IMG/VR virus record: IMGVR_UViG_3300003321_000657
DNA from: an uncultured virus (IMG/VR IMGVR_UViG_3300003321_000657)
Lineage: Duplodnaviria > Heunggongvirae > Uroviricota > Caudoviricetes
DNA length: 64,000 nt
Reading direction: 5' to 3' (one strand)
The notes under the pieces are model-generated. The model ran no database searches. It was not told where the DNA came from and worked only from the letters and a program-made list of their open reading frames with translations. Below, in pieces: positions 29,701-41,943 of the stretch. Numbering within the stretch: position 1 is the first letter of the stretch; each line of letters begins with the position of its first letter. The position numbers were made by a program, and so were the translations under genes.

Positions 29701-32700
29701 AGGCTGCCCGCCGCTTTGAGGGTACTACACCGGAGCTTGGTTCAGGCTCCTCAATATCGACTGGGACGGAGAAACGATCCAGCTCGACCAGTTAAACGAT
29801 GAAGACGCATCGTGGGTTGGTTACTACAGGAGAAAACATGGCGCACACCATTCAGAAACTCGATGAAGAGGCTGACGAGTTGGCCATGACGTTTACCAAC
29901 GGAAATTTGAAGGAATGCGTCAAAGGCATCACCGGTACACTCGCAGAGGACGAGCGGTACTGCATAGCCTACAAAGCGATCAAGGTCTATGCCCAGCTTG
30001 CCGAATGCGAACGCCGGGCGCTGATGATGCTGATCGAGAATCGCATCCCAAATGGATAAAGCAGAAGCTGAAGTCGCGCTGCGGCTGGCGATCGGCCGCA
30101 TCTTTCGGCTTGCATCTAGGCCAAAGCGCAATGGTGACGCTCAAAAGTACGAGGACGCGCGCAGAATTGCGCTGGAAGCGGCCGACGTACTTGGCATCGA
30201 CCACAAAGAGCGAGGACTTGGCTACTGTCGGCCGGGTTGGAACTTCGGCAACCTTTCAACGGATTGACCATGAGACACACGATCACATTCCCAACAGGCA
30301 ATAAGTTCGAGATCGACGAGCAAGCGTATCTTGCGGAAATGCAGCGTAATTGTCCGCTTTTCTTTAAGACGCCGCACGGCAAGCGGGAGACGTACGACGT
30401 CTACCGCGGCCAGTTGATCGTGCGGCACACGGTGAGATTCACCAGCACCAGCGAACGCCGCACGGTCGTGTATCTGTACCTGCTGAGTGGGACCGATCCT
30501 GAGCACCGCATGCCGGATCTCTTCTGCGTCAGCGGCGGAAACAAGGTGTCATGCACCCGCGACGCGGAAAAGCTGATCGATCGCATCATTGCGGAGCGGC
30601 GCTACGCGTACGACATGGACGCGCCAGTCAGTGAGATCGACGATAAGCCGGAGCTGACGAAACGCATCACTGATTTGCTCTGGGACTACCTCAAGAAAGA
30701 TCCAGAGCACAAGGACAGAGTTCGCACGGGCTGGGGCACGAAGACAAAGCTCGGATTGCGGCGCACGGTCGAGGCCGCGCTCGATCTGAATTTTCAGGTG
30801 AAGGAGAAAGCATGACCGTTGAAACCATCTTCGCCAGCGGTGGATATCTGATCACTGACATCATTGACGGCGAATACGTCAAGCACCGCTACTTCGGATA
30901 CACGAAGCGCGAAGCCAAGGCGCTTTTCAGAGAGGAGTATATCCGTGCCAGAAAGCGCAATCGATCTAAGAAACTATCCTGAGCTCAAACCGACCGTCCA
31001 CCACTCGTACTGCATGAGCTGCGTGCTTCATACGCATCCGCAGATGCTGACCGGCTACTGCATGCGCAGTGAAACCTGCACCCGCTGTGGGCAGCGCTCG
31101 GACTTGGCTCTGGTGCGTATTCCGGAGCCGCAGATCTCATTTTACGGCCGCAAGAAACTCATGGAGATCACAATGAAACCCGTGGTAGGCATGAAGGTGA
31201 AGATCCTGCGCGGATCGCTAATGGACGGACCCAATAAGCCGCGCTCAGACTACGTCGGCTGGATTGCTGGCAATGTGCCAGTGGGCTCCGTGGGCGAAGT
31301 CTACAAACACGTCATCCACCCGTGGAAGAAAGAGGATGACGAGACGCGCTACATGATGGCGCTCAAGTTTGAAGGCATCACGCCAAAGCCGGGCTATTGC
31401 TTCGGCCTGAGCGGCGACACGCTGAGCCCGGAAGATTACGAGATCGTGTCTATTCCCAAGGAGTGAGCACATGGCGAAAATAATCATCACGCGCTATTGG
31501 CATCACTCGGCTGTCTGGCGCACCAGCGAAGGCCAGCAGATCAGACCGCCAGTGACGTACGATCCGTGCGGCTACACATCGCGTGAGCACATGCAGAAAG
31601 AACTGTGTAAGCGTTTTAAACACCGTCAGGCGCATGTGCGCGAAGACGGAGCTGTGCGCATGGAAGAAGCGTGCAACAGCTACTCTGAAACCCGGTTCGA
31701 GGAGTAACACATGGGCGCAGGCATAGGACCGTATCTCAAGCGCGGAAAGTTGATCCGTGATCTTGTCTGGCCGGAGATCACCGACTTTAACAAGCTGTTT
31801 ACGTTCGCGACGCGCGACGAAAAGAAGAGGCCAGACGATAAGCAGTGGAACCGCGCCGACGTCTACGCGGCTGATGGCGGCAGTATGCAGATCTCGTCTT
31901 ACTGTCACGTGAGCGACGGCCGCAACGGTGAATACCACCCGCCGCTTTATGTGACACCATCGGAAATGGTGCGAAAGTTCATCCGCACGGAGATGGTCCA
32001 TATCGACCATGGCGTCTACTTCGATCTGCATATCTACGACGACGGTACGACGCTGGTGAAGGCTACCTACCAGCAGATCATCGGCCGCAGATGGCTGGCA
32101 GACGTTAAGACGTCCACGATCAAACCCCTGCTCAAAAGGAAAGTGAAATGATCATCATGACCACTGATGAAAACGTTTTCAGAAAAAAGGCGCGCGAACG
32201 CTTGGCGAAGCTGCGTGCGGCCGGTGTTCAGCTCACCGGCCGCAGCTCCAGCAATCCGCAGCATGTGGAGCAAACCATGCTCGACTGGATGGCGCTGACC
32301 GGCAAGCGTATCGCGACCGCATCGGCGATCATGATCTTAGAGGAAAACGAGAAATGAAATTCAACGGAGTCGAGCTGACGCGAGAGCAGGCGGAGCGCTT
32401 CGCGAAGCTCTACCGCGATCCTCAGTATAAGGCTCCGCATTACGACGAGATCATCATCGACGGCATGACTGCGCGCGACATAGCCGTGTCGCAGCGCTGG
32501 GAGTTTGAGGAGCTGCAATATGTCGAGATCCCGGCTGAATACTACGTCAAATACATCGCCCTGTGGCGGCGCTGGGGGCAGAAACGCTTCAAGCGCTGGG
32601 CGGCGGTGCGCGTCTGGAAGGACAAGTTCTACACCGAAACTACTGAGCAGTATTGTCCGCTGCTGCCAGCACGTGGCTGATCTCCAGCGCGAATGCAAGC

Positions 32701-35700
32701 GCATGGCCATGGTCTACCAGCACGACGACAAGGTGATGATCGAAAGATTCCTCGGCCTGCCGTACATGGCGTGCGACCTGCCGTTCACGCAGTGGATGGA
32801 TATGCGCCGGGCATTCTACGATCTTGCGGCGAAAGCGAGGCGATGATGATCAGATTTAAATTTCTGACCGGCGACGTGAACTGGCTGGACTACGGCGGAA
32901 AGTGGATCTCACAGAAATTCAACAATGGAGAGTTTGACTACTGGCTAGTCCGATCGATCGAGAACTGGGCTGAGCACGACAGCGAGATGGCTGCGCGCTG
33001 CAAGTACTTGGTTGAGATCAAGCTCGTAGCTCCGGAGCAGTTCAGAGATAAGAAAGCCGCTATGGATTGCAGCGGCATCGAAGAGAAGTGGGACGATCTG
33101 ATCGACGAAGTTAAGGTCGAGATAATCGAATCATACTCTGGCGGAGTCACGATCTTTTCCGAATCAGGAAACAACTATAAAGATCTATTCAAACGCGCGC
33201 AGAAAGAGGCCGAAGTAAGTTCGATGCTATTTGGCTTTAAGATGGATGCGCCGGTCAACAAAATCGGCAGCACTGGCTGGGATGCGCTCAAGGGTGATAT
33301 CAGCGCTGGACTGCGTCGCTACAGTGAAAGCGATTCTCCCGAAAAGCAGATCATGCGCAAGCTACACGGCATGCCTACCACGCTGCAAGAGGCGCAACAG
33401 TACGTCAAAGATCATCCCGAATCCGAGGAGGAGTCATGACTTTGACGAATTCACCGCGGCCTACATCGAAGCGCTACTGTGGGCGTCTACCGTAGATCCG
33501 TACGGAAAGTGTCCGAACTGCGATAAGGAAGATCAGATTCTCTGCCGTGAGGACGTGACGACAGGCGATCGCGTCTGCGCGGCTTGTAGCGACAACCATT
33601 GCAGCAGCGAGCCGCCAGCCGATGAAAACTACGACGTGGATGATCTCGCGCCAGAGTTTATTGCGAAGATCAAGGCCGACTGCGCCGATTTTCAGAAACG
33701 TTTCGGAAAACGGATCGAAGCGCACGAGCGCGTCAGCGGCCAATACACCAACCAGCAGATGGCCGGGCACGATTTTCTCCTGACGCGCGAAGGCCACGGC
33801 TGCGGCTTCTGGGATGGCGACTGGGAAGAGGAATTCGGACGCGAGTTGACTGAAGCCTGCAAGAAATACGGAGAAGTCAACATGTACGTCGGCGACGACG
33901 GCAAGCTACACGGAGGTGGCTGATGGCTACGAAGATCTCAGGACCGTCTATCAAAGCCATGCGCGCAGCCTTCGATGAGTCTAAGTATGGCATCACCGAT
34001 GCGCAGATCGCGCGCTTAAAGGCCATGATGGACGGAAGAGAGAATAGCAAGGTGGTTTGCGACGAACTGGAGATCAAGATCACGTATCTGGATCGCATCC
34101 AGCGCATACTGGAGATCGCAAACAAGTGGCTGAATTGCTCCGGCGTCGAATACGCCGCGTCAAAGTATGACGACCACCACCAGTCGCTTGGTCTGGAATA
34201 CTGCAACGTCGGCGATAGCTACGAAAACACGCTGATCTTCGACAAGAAGACTTGGCGCTTCCGCGCCGGTTGCGTGGGCGACATCATCGAGAAAGACCGG
34301 CGCTTCGCGGAGAGGTAAACATGGGTCTCGAATTCAAATTAACGTATGGGGCCGCGACCTGCGCGGACAAGCACCTCAAGAGCTACAGCGCTGGAACTAA
34401 GGCATTTCTGGACACGCTCTGCAATGGACTGGTGCCATGCGTCGTGACGCGAGTGATCGAGCCCGGTCGCGGAACTTATGCCACCGAAGGCAAGATCGAA
34501 GCGCGAATCACGAAGACCGTGGGCGCGTACAAAAAAGACGAGATTGTCGAGTACGCGGCCAGCAAGATAGTTCCGACTAAGCACATCCGCTACCGCGAAT
34601 ACTCTTCATGGGTCAATACGTTCTACCGATGGGTCAAGGATGAAGAGAAACATGGATAGAGACTGGATTGAAGCCGGTCTGGACTGCGACCAGATGCCAA
34701 AGTCGCGCCGGAAGGCCGCACGGCAGGTCATCGAAAAGATATGCGCTTGGCTTCTGAATGCCGGTGCAGTCGAAGGTGAAAACAGCGCCGGTATCCTGAT
34801 GTGCTCATACCCATTCATGCTCCAGACCAAGGCCGGTCCACTGCTGATTCATCCATGCCACGACTGGATAGCATGCCGCTTTCATGATGTGCATCTGGCG
34901 GCGTCCGTGCTTCCGGACGATTTAAAAACTCACTTCAATCAGTACTCAGGCAAGTGGAACTTTCATGTGACAGTGTACAACGCCTCACGCAATAAAGACG
35001 GAGGTGTCTGGGATGGAATGTCCGCGCTATCCGTGATGGCGTTAGAGCTGCGTAAGATTTGCGACAACATACCGGAGGTTGAAGATGGCATTCTACAGGG
35101 TTGAAGTGGTGGAAACGCGCACAGTCGATGTGATCTATCTGGTCGAGGCCGACAGCGAGAACGAAGCACGCCAGAAGGCCGAGAACGGCGAGACCGTGGA
35201 CGAAGATCATCCGGTCGCGCGCGAAATCATCAACCGATCCGTATTCGAAGTCGAATTGACGACCGAAACGGCTTCACTGCGGAGGAAAAAGTAAGATGCC
35301 ACTCAAAGTTGAAATGCTGAATCTGGAAGCGGAAGTCAAGCGGCTGACGATGCCTGCCACGATGGACGACCACTGTGACATCTGCCACGAGTTGGCGGAT
35401 AAGTTCGATCTATGGGATGATGGACAGTTCCCACTGTGGCTGTCCTATCTGGTCTCTGGCTACCTGCGCGAGCGGCACGCCATCAACGTCAAGGAGCACG
35501 AGAGGAGATAATCAATGCCTGCACAAAAGACGGTCACCGTCTACAAGTTCGACGAGTTGAGCGACGAAGCCAAGGAGACTGCGCGCGAGTGGTGGCGCGA
35601 GCAAATCTTTCAAGACTCGTCAGACTGGGAGTTTGTCTACGACGACGCGGTACGAATGGGAAAGATGTTGGGCATTACGATCCCGCCGCGCAATCAAAAA

Positions 35701-38487
35701 TGTCATGTGCTCGGGAGTAAGGGGAAGCCCGGCCGCGATTTCATCGACACGTCACCGTCGATCTACTTCAGCGGTTTCTCTTCGCAGGGCGACGGCGCTT
35801 GCTTTGAGGGTACGTATAAACCGATCGAAGACGCGGCCGCGCGTATTCGACAAGAAACGAACAACACGGAAACAGAGCTGATTCGGATCGCAGAGGCGCT
35901 CTATACGCTCCAGCAACCGTATGAGACACATAGCCTGCGGCTGGTCGCATCCATAACGCACTCCGGCCGCTACTCTCACAGCGGGACCATGAGCGCTGAA
36001 GTGAAGTGCGTCAATCTTGACGGAGATGAATGCGACGCGCCAGAGCACTTGGCGAAACGCGCCGCCGAAGATGACGAAAAGTTGGAGCGCCTCATGCGCG
36101 ATTTCGCTGACTGGATCTACAAAAGTCTAGAAAAAGAGTATCGCGACCAGATGAGCGACGAGCACGTAGACGAATCTATCATCTCCAACGAATACGACTT
36201 CACTGCTGACGGCAAGCGTTACCGCTACGAATAGGAGCTAACATGTACAACCGTAGATTCATCACGTACGCCGTCAATAAAGACGACGATATCGTATGGT
36301 CTCGTGTCGGAAGCGAGATCGCCTGTCCAGTGCTTGACTTTGAAGCCATAGGAAAAGGTGGAGACGGGTTTAAGAAAGGCAACTTCAACGGGCCGATACG
36401 CTACGAACTCCAGAAGTTTCCGGTTCACAGCTTGGCCGGTCGCGACTGGAATCGGTTGAAGTGGACGAAAAAGATTCCGAAGCGCCTCAAGAACAAACAC
36501 CGCAAGTTCTGGGGGTTCAAGCCGCTATAAAGGAGCACGTAATGAATCTTCCGCACATCGCATGCCATACATGCCCGCAGTGCGGCGCGCAGGCGACACA
36601 CGAGCACTTGTCTGAGCGGACGCACGTGAACGGCGGACGCTGGGAGACGCGCACGTTTGCATGTGGCCTGTCGCTGAGCTACGTGCCGAATTTTTCGGCG
36701 GTCGAGACCGAAGGCGAATGCATACGCAGCGCCGAGCACCAAGCAAAGATCAAAAAGCGCGAGAAGCTGTATTCTGCGATCAGGGCCGTCATTGCAGAGA
36801 GTGACGCCGATGAGTACTACAAGACAAATCTCGTCCATTCGATTGTCGGCTATAAGCCATAAGGAGAGCACGCATGAGACTATGGCGATATACGTTCAAG
36901 CTGCGGCATGATAACGGCACTGTCAGGCTTAGCACGGTGGCGCGCAACCGGGCAACGGCGACAGCGATCATTCTGAACGCCGAGCGCGCGCCGCGAAGCG
37001 CGATCATGTCGATCGAGAGGAGCAGCCTTAAATGAAATTCACCGTACACCTGTACGCCGTCGCGATCGTAAAAGTCCGCAACGTGAATACTATGGCGGCA
37101 TTCGAGATTCAGCCAGCCATCGTGTCGGCCTACATGAACGATCAGGCCGTGACTCTGACGATGATGGCTGAATACCTCTATCAAGTGCGCGGCGGATCTT
37201 CCCACGAACAGGCGGTCAAGGCTGCTAATGCGAAGCGCCGGGCAGTGCGCAAGGCGATCGGCTACAGCTACCCGGAGTCCGGGGAGTTCACGTTTTAAGG
37301 AGGAGCCATGGCGAAGAAGAAAAAGAAGGTCAAGAAGAATCCCATGGCGTCGATGGCGTCAGTGATCACCACGCTGGCTCCGTACGTCGCCAAGGATGAT
37401 GCAAAGCTGCCGCGCAAGGAATTTCTGCGGCTGGTGGCCGATCGTATCAAAGACGATATCGGCGAGAGCAACGGCGGAGAAGATGACGCCGCATTCATCT
37501 CTGCCGCGAAAGATAACTACACAGGCTGCGGCGGCGAGTACTCGGATGGAGACATTAACGTCGACGATGATGCCGTAGTGAGCCAATCCGACAAAGGCGC
37601 GTATGTAGCCGCGTGGGTGTGGGTCACGAACGAAGAGGCCGGAATTGAAGGTGAAGACGACGGCGAAGACGACAAATCCGAGACCACACAGTCATGAACT
37701 ACGTCATCACTCAGCGCATCAATCACAAGTTTCAGAAGATGTACGCGCAGGTCGAGCTGGAGCAGCGCGTCAATAGCCGCGACTTTGAGCGCCTTCTGGA
37801 TCTGGCTAAGTCTATGGGCGGCTGGTATGCGAAGCGCTACCACGCCGATCCGGGCGGGTTTGCGTTCGAAGCTAAGGACGCCGCTGTGGCGTTCGCGCAC
37901 AAGGCATTTACGAAAGAGGTAGTCAATGGAATGTGATAACGACGAGGATCTTACCACGCGGCACGTCATGCTGACGATCAGAGCTCCGAAAACTCTGAGT
38001 GACGAGCGTGTGCTCGAACTGATCGGAGAAGTAATTGACGTCGGCATGGCAGACGCAAATGAAACGAGAAACAACCTCGCGTGCGACGAAAAGCAGATCA
38101 AAGAAGCCGATGAAGCGTGGAGTATATGCGTCGAAGGCTCGGAGATGCTCACCGAGGCATGGGTGCGATACGCGAAGGAGGAAAGCGATGGCGAAAAAGC
38201 CTGAGTGGTATCTCGTGCTGCAAGAGGGCGGCACGTCTCTGGAGTGGTACTGTAATGTGTATCCAAATCTAAAGCAGGCGAACGCACGCAAAAAAGATCT
38301 GGACAAAAATACGTCGTTTCGGTCGGTCGGACCGATTAAGCTAGGTGTGTTCGTCGGCGATCAGTGCCGCAACGACCACTTCGCAGCTTCGCTCATGGTT
38401 CTAATCGAGCGCTGTTGCGAAGAAGTGATTGCAATGCGGATTGGAGTCAAACTCGATCGATTACGGAGCTCTGCGGCAAAATCATGA
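26775..38487 (+). CDS. Cluster of roughly 35-40 short hypothetical genes, early/host-takeover-like (e.g. 28357-29052, 29069-29452, 30269-30815, 31711-32151, 32354-32680, 32843-33439, 33923-34318, 34321-34659, 34652-35104, 36243-36530, 37308-37697)
   Basis: Dense same-strand small ORFs with GGAG RBSs and ATGA/TGATG overlaps; no functions recognised. Confidence 0.65.
26948..27232 (+). CDS. Small HNH-motif protein
   Basis: CRFC...LHHIDENPNNN...N...CHRACHKAHH. Confidence 0.75.
   Translation: MAMRNDTRAELRMLRQLVWHAIEGKVCRFCGNALAPDWEIAYGHGDAPEMPVELTLHHIDENPNNNAPANREICHRACHKAHHMSAQRRSGVTA
33436..33923 (+). pseudogene. Phage hypothetical protein whose start codon is out of frame
   Basis: GAGGAGGAG RBS and ATG 33436 are one base out of frame with DEFTAAYIEALLW...AGHDFLLTREGHGCGFWDGDW. 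Confidence 0.5.
35515..36234 (+). CDS. Conserved phage/plasmid protein (family often labelled antitoxin-like)
   Basis: TVYKFDELSDEAKETAREW, FSGFSSQGDGACF, NEYDFTADG. Confidence 0.6.
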   Translation: MPAQKTVTVYKFDELSDEAKETAREWWREQIFQDSSDWEFVYDDAVRMGKMLGITIPPRNQKCHVLGSKGKPGRDFIDTSPSIYFSGFSSQGDGACFEGTYKPIEDAAARIRQETNNTETELIRIAEALYTLQQPYETHSLRLVASITHSGRYSHSGTMSAEVKCVNLDGDECDAPEHLAKRAAEDDEKLERLMRDFADWIYKSLEKEYRDQMSDEHVDESIISNEYDFTADGKRYRYE

Positions 38488-39203
38488 GCCTGATCAACAA
38501 ATTGAAGCTTCTCAGTCTTTTTAGTCTGCTGTGCTCCAGCGCCTTCGCCTTCAATGTCGAACCGGGCGTAAAGTTGCCACCGATCGTGATGTACAGTTGT
38601 AATGATGCGGACTTAGAGCCGATCTTTGTAAAGCAGTTCGCGAAATGGAACGACGCCTGCGGTAACTACTTTACACTCAAGAAGTGGCCGGAGAGCAGCA
38701 CGCCGATCAATATCGTCATCTCGAAACAGCATCTGGAAAAGCCATATCTGGCGTGGACTAGCTTGGCTCCGGGCGGACCGGCCAACATATCCATTCAGTG
38801 GCCGCTCTTACCTGCGTACGACATTCATGACGTCGATACGATCATGCTGCATGAGATCGGTCATACGCTTGGCTTGGAGCACGTCAAAGACACGGCATCC
38901 ATCATGGACGCTGTCGTCGTTCACGGCCAAAGCGCGACCCTGAGCGACGACGATATTAAAGGCGTGAACTCTATCTATCACGCCGACGAAAAGAGTACGC
39001 TAACGATCCGCGTTATCGGCCACGGCCGCTCGCGCGTCTTGAGGATCACCGGGAATATCAAAGTCGACTGGGATTTTGGTGATGGAGCAGCTCTGCGCAA
39101 TTCCTTTTTGGCGCGCCATAAATTCACCGCGCGTGGAGAGTACTTCGTAACTGTACGGCACGGACTATCGATCGGATGGGTCTACATCTCGATATCGAAG
39201 TAA
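38484..39203 (+). CDS. Secreted metzincin (matrixin-like) metallopeptidase with C-terminal PKD-like domain
   Basis: Signal peptide ending AFA; HEIGHTLGLEH; SIM Met-turn; WDFGDG...HKFTARGEYFVTV. Confidence 0.85.
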   Translation: MSLINKLKLLSLFSLLCSSAFAFNVEPGVKLPPIVMYSCNDADLEPIFVKQFAKWNDACGNYFTLKKWPESSTPINIVISKQHLEKPYLAWTSLAPGGPANISIQWPLLPAYDIHDVDTIMLHEIGHTLGLEHVKDTASIMDAVVVHGQSATLSDDDIKGVNSIYHADEKSTLTIRVIGHGRSRVLRITGNIKVDWDFGDGAALRNSFLARHKFTARGEYFVTVRHGLSIGWVYISISK

Positions 39204-39251
39204 TTTTCGAAAACGTTCTCAAAATACCAAGAAAGAAAAAAACGTTTTTAT

Positions 39252-39285
39252 TACTCTGGACTTGTAATAATCCAGAGTATATAAT
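39252..39285 (+). promoter_or_regulatory. Sigma70-like promoter overlapped by an inverted repeat
   Basis: TGGACT 39257-62, 17 nt spacer, TATAAT 39280-85; TACTCTGGA-N10-TCCAGAGTA at 39252-79. Confidence 0.7.
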
Positions 39286-39306
39286 GCGCACGTCTGGAGA
39301 AACATC

Positions 39307-39576
39307 ATGGCCAAGCAGAGTAAAACACCGCCTGATCCGCGGTTGGTTAAAGCGGCGGCGATGCGTGTCGAAGCCATTGAGTTCGCCAATAAGATGGCGC
39401 GCAGTGCATTCAGCGGCCGCAAAGGTCATGGCAATAAGGAACCTCGCTACCGGAATCTCAGCGAACCGGCGCTGGCCTACATGCTCGGCATGGCCTACGA
39501 GGCCGGGGCGCAGGCGGTCGAGGCAAAGTTTAAAAAGTTAGCAGGCTTTGAGCCATCTTTAGGAGCGGAGAGATAA
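39307..39576 (+). CDS. Hypothetical protein
   Basis: GGAG RBS; first gene after the promoter. Confidence 0.65.
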   Translation: MAKQSKTPPDPRLVKAAAMRVEAIEFANKMARSAFSGRKGHGNKEPRYRNLSEPALAYMLGMAYEAGAQAVEAKFKKLAGFEPSLGAER

Positions 39577-39577
39577 A

Positions 39578-41023
39578 ATGTTCGAAGTTGATAAGGCTGG
39601 TCTGGCGAAGCTCCTCACGCGCAAGGGTAAAGAGTTTATCGTCTATGAACTCCTGCAAAATGCGTGGGATGAAGACGTCAAGCACGTCGAAGTGACGCTG
39701 CGGCCGGTGCCGGAGCAGGCCAAGGCTCAGATCATCGTCGAAGACGACAATCCAGATGGATTTCAAGACCTGTCTCACGCGTTCACGCTCTTCGCCGAGA
39801 GTAAGAAGAAAACCGATCCGACCAAGGCCGGGCGCTTCAATCTCGGCGAGAAGCTGGTGATTGCGGCCTGCGATGAAGCCAAGCTGATCACCACGAAAGG
39901 CGCGTTCAAGTTCTATAAGAACGAGCGGCACCGCATGGCCGAGCGCCGGACGATAGGGACGCTCTTCGAAGGCATATTCAAATGCACTCGCGAAGAGTTG
40001 GCTGAGATCGAGAAGAAGGTCTACCAGCTTCTACCGCCACACGTGGTTACCACGCGTTTCAACGGCCGTGAACTCAATCACCTGCAAACGATCGAGGTTA
40101 TAGAGGTGTCGCTTCCGACAGAAATCGCCGATGAGGATGGTTATCTGAAAGGCGCGACACGGAAAACGGCAGTCGGAATCTACCGTGCCTCCAACGATTG
40201 CGGCACGCTCTACGAGCTGGGGATACCCGTCGTCGAGATCGGCGGACCGTACCATGTCAACGTACTCCAGAAAATTCCGCTCAACATGGACCGAGACAAT
40301 GTGCCGCCGTCATACATTCGCCGCATCCGGGTTGAGGTCTTAAACCTCCTCCATGACGAATTGGAACCGGAGCAGGCTAACAGTACTTGGGTGCGCGAAG
40401 CATCATCAGATCCGCGCTGCGAACCGGCCGCGATCACGGCCGTGCTGGACAAGCGCTTTGGAGAGAAGCGAGTGTCGTACGATCCGTCTGACCCGGAAGC
40501 CAACAAATTGGCCGTGTCGAAGGGTTATGTGGTCGTGCACGGCGGCATGATGAACGGTCAGGAGTGGGAGAATGCGCGCGACGCTGGCGCCATCCTTCCG
40601 GCCGGAAAGGTGACGCCATCGCCTAAGCCGTATAGCGACAGCGGAAAGCCAGAGGAGATCATTCCGTACGATCTGTGGACTCCCGGAATGAAACACATGG
40701 CAAGCTACTGCCGGTTGCTGGCCGATAAGCTCATGGACGTCGCCTTGTACGTAAAGTTCACGAAGGCCGGGAACAACTTTTCAGCCTGCTACGGCAACCA
40801 GCGGCTCACCTTCAATATGACCGTTATGCATGAGCAGTGGTTCGAGGGACCGTACGGCGTCGTTCACGACGATCTGATCATCCACGAATTCGGTCACCAG
40901 TACTGTCTGGACCACTTGGACGCTAAGTACCACGACGCGCTAACGCTGCTTGGCGCGAAATTGGCGCATCTGGCGTACGTGAATCCGAAGATCCTGAAAC
41001 CATTTAAGGAGGCTCAGTCATGA
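39578..41023 (+). CDS. GHKL (Bergerat-fold) ATPase with C-terminal HExxH motif
   Basis: ELLQNAWD N-box, VEDDNPDGF, GRFNLGEK, GT; C-terminal IHEFGH. Confidence 0.8.
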   Translation: MFEVDKAGLAKLLTRKGKEFIVYELLQNAWDEDVKHVEVTLRPVPEQAKAQIIVEDDNPDGFQDLSHAFTLFAESKKKTDPTKAGRFNLGEKLVIAACDEAKLITTKGAFKFYKNERHRMAERRTIGTLFEGIFKCTREELAEIEKKVYQLLPPHVVTTRFNGRELNHLQTIEVIEVSLPTEIADEDGYLKGATRKTAVGIYRASNDCGTLYELGIPVVEIGGPYHVNVLQKIPLNMDRDNVPPSYIRRIRVEVLNLLHDELEPEQANSTWVREASSDPRCEPAAITAVLDKRFGEKRVSYDPSDPEANKLAVSKGYVVVHGGMMNGQEWENARDAGAILPAGKVTPSPKPYSDSGKPEEIIPYDLWTPGMKHMASYCRLLADKLMDVALYVKFTKAGNNFSACYGNQRLTFNMTVMHEQWFEGPYGVVHDDLIIHEFGHQYCLDHLDAKYHDALTLLGAKLAHLAYVNPKILKPFKEAQS

Positions 41024-41943
41024 AAGCTACGATTTCCATCCGCATTGATGACAATGAAGATCGTTCTTCATGCTCGTACACCATTACGAGGCACCTCGAA
41101 AGTAGCAATAGCATTGGAGAGCTCGTTGCAGACGCAATCAACGCTGTGAGCACAGAAATTCACAACCATGAAGAGGTTCTGAAAGACATTGATGCATATT
41201 TGAGTGATGACTTTAAGCCAAACAAGAAGGAGGAGGAAAATGAGTGAGATAGAGATCAAGGACGTGAGTATCACTCAGGCCGATCGCGTTGACGTTCATA
41301 TCGACGGCGACGGCGTGCAGATCAACATTCACGACGATAGCGGCATTCACAAGATCGTGAAGGTTTGTCCGGACCACCGTGGAAATATCTCTTTGCGTTG
41401 GAGAGATCATCCGGGCGGACGCGACGAGTGGCACGAAAGCATCAGCATGGAAAGGAAATAGCATGAAAGTTTTCACCCTGTGGAAGTTCAACCGCAAGCG
41501 CAAGAGTCGGCTGGCGACTGTCGCTGGCTCGTGGGAGGCCAAGCGCCGCTTGGATGAAGAGCGTAAGAAAGGCCAGCGCGTGTTTTGTACGCTCGCCACG
41601 CGATTGAGCGCGATCAAGCTCGGGAGGAAGCGGCGATGAGGCAATTCTATATGCCAGATACAGGACCGACAAACTTTAGGCCGACGTACATCCATTTTGC
41701 TGTGATCATCTGCCATAGTTTTCCGATTGACATGCTGCGCTATGACCGATGTACGCCGCATTCAGAGCAGGATGCAGACGAAATAGAGCGATCATTGAAC
41801 GATGGCTCAGATATTCGCCGCGTCTGCGTACAACGGTATAGCGAAGAAAGACAGTGGGAGCGCGCGTGGACGTTCGATCGGTGGCGCTCGTTCTGCTGTA
41901 AAATTGAAAAACCGAGCATCGTGACGCCAGTGGAGACCATCAC

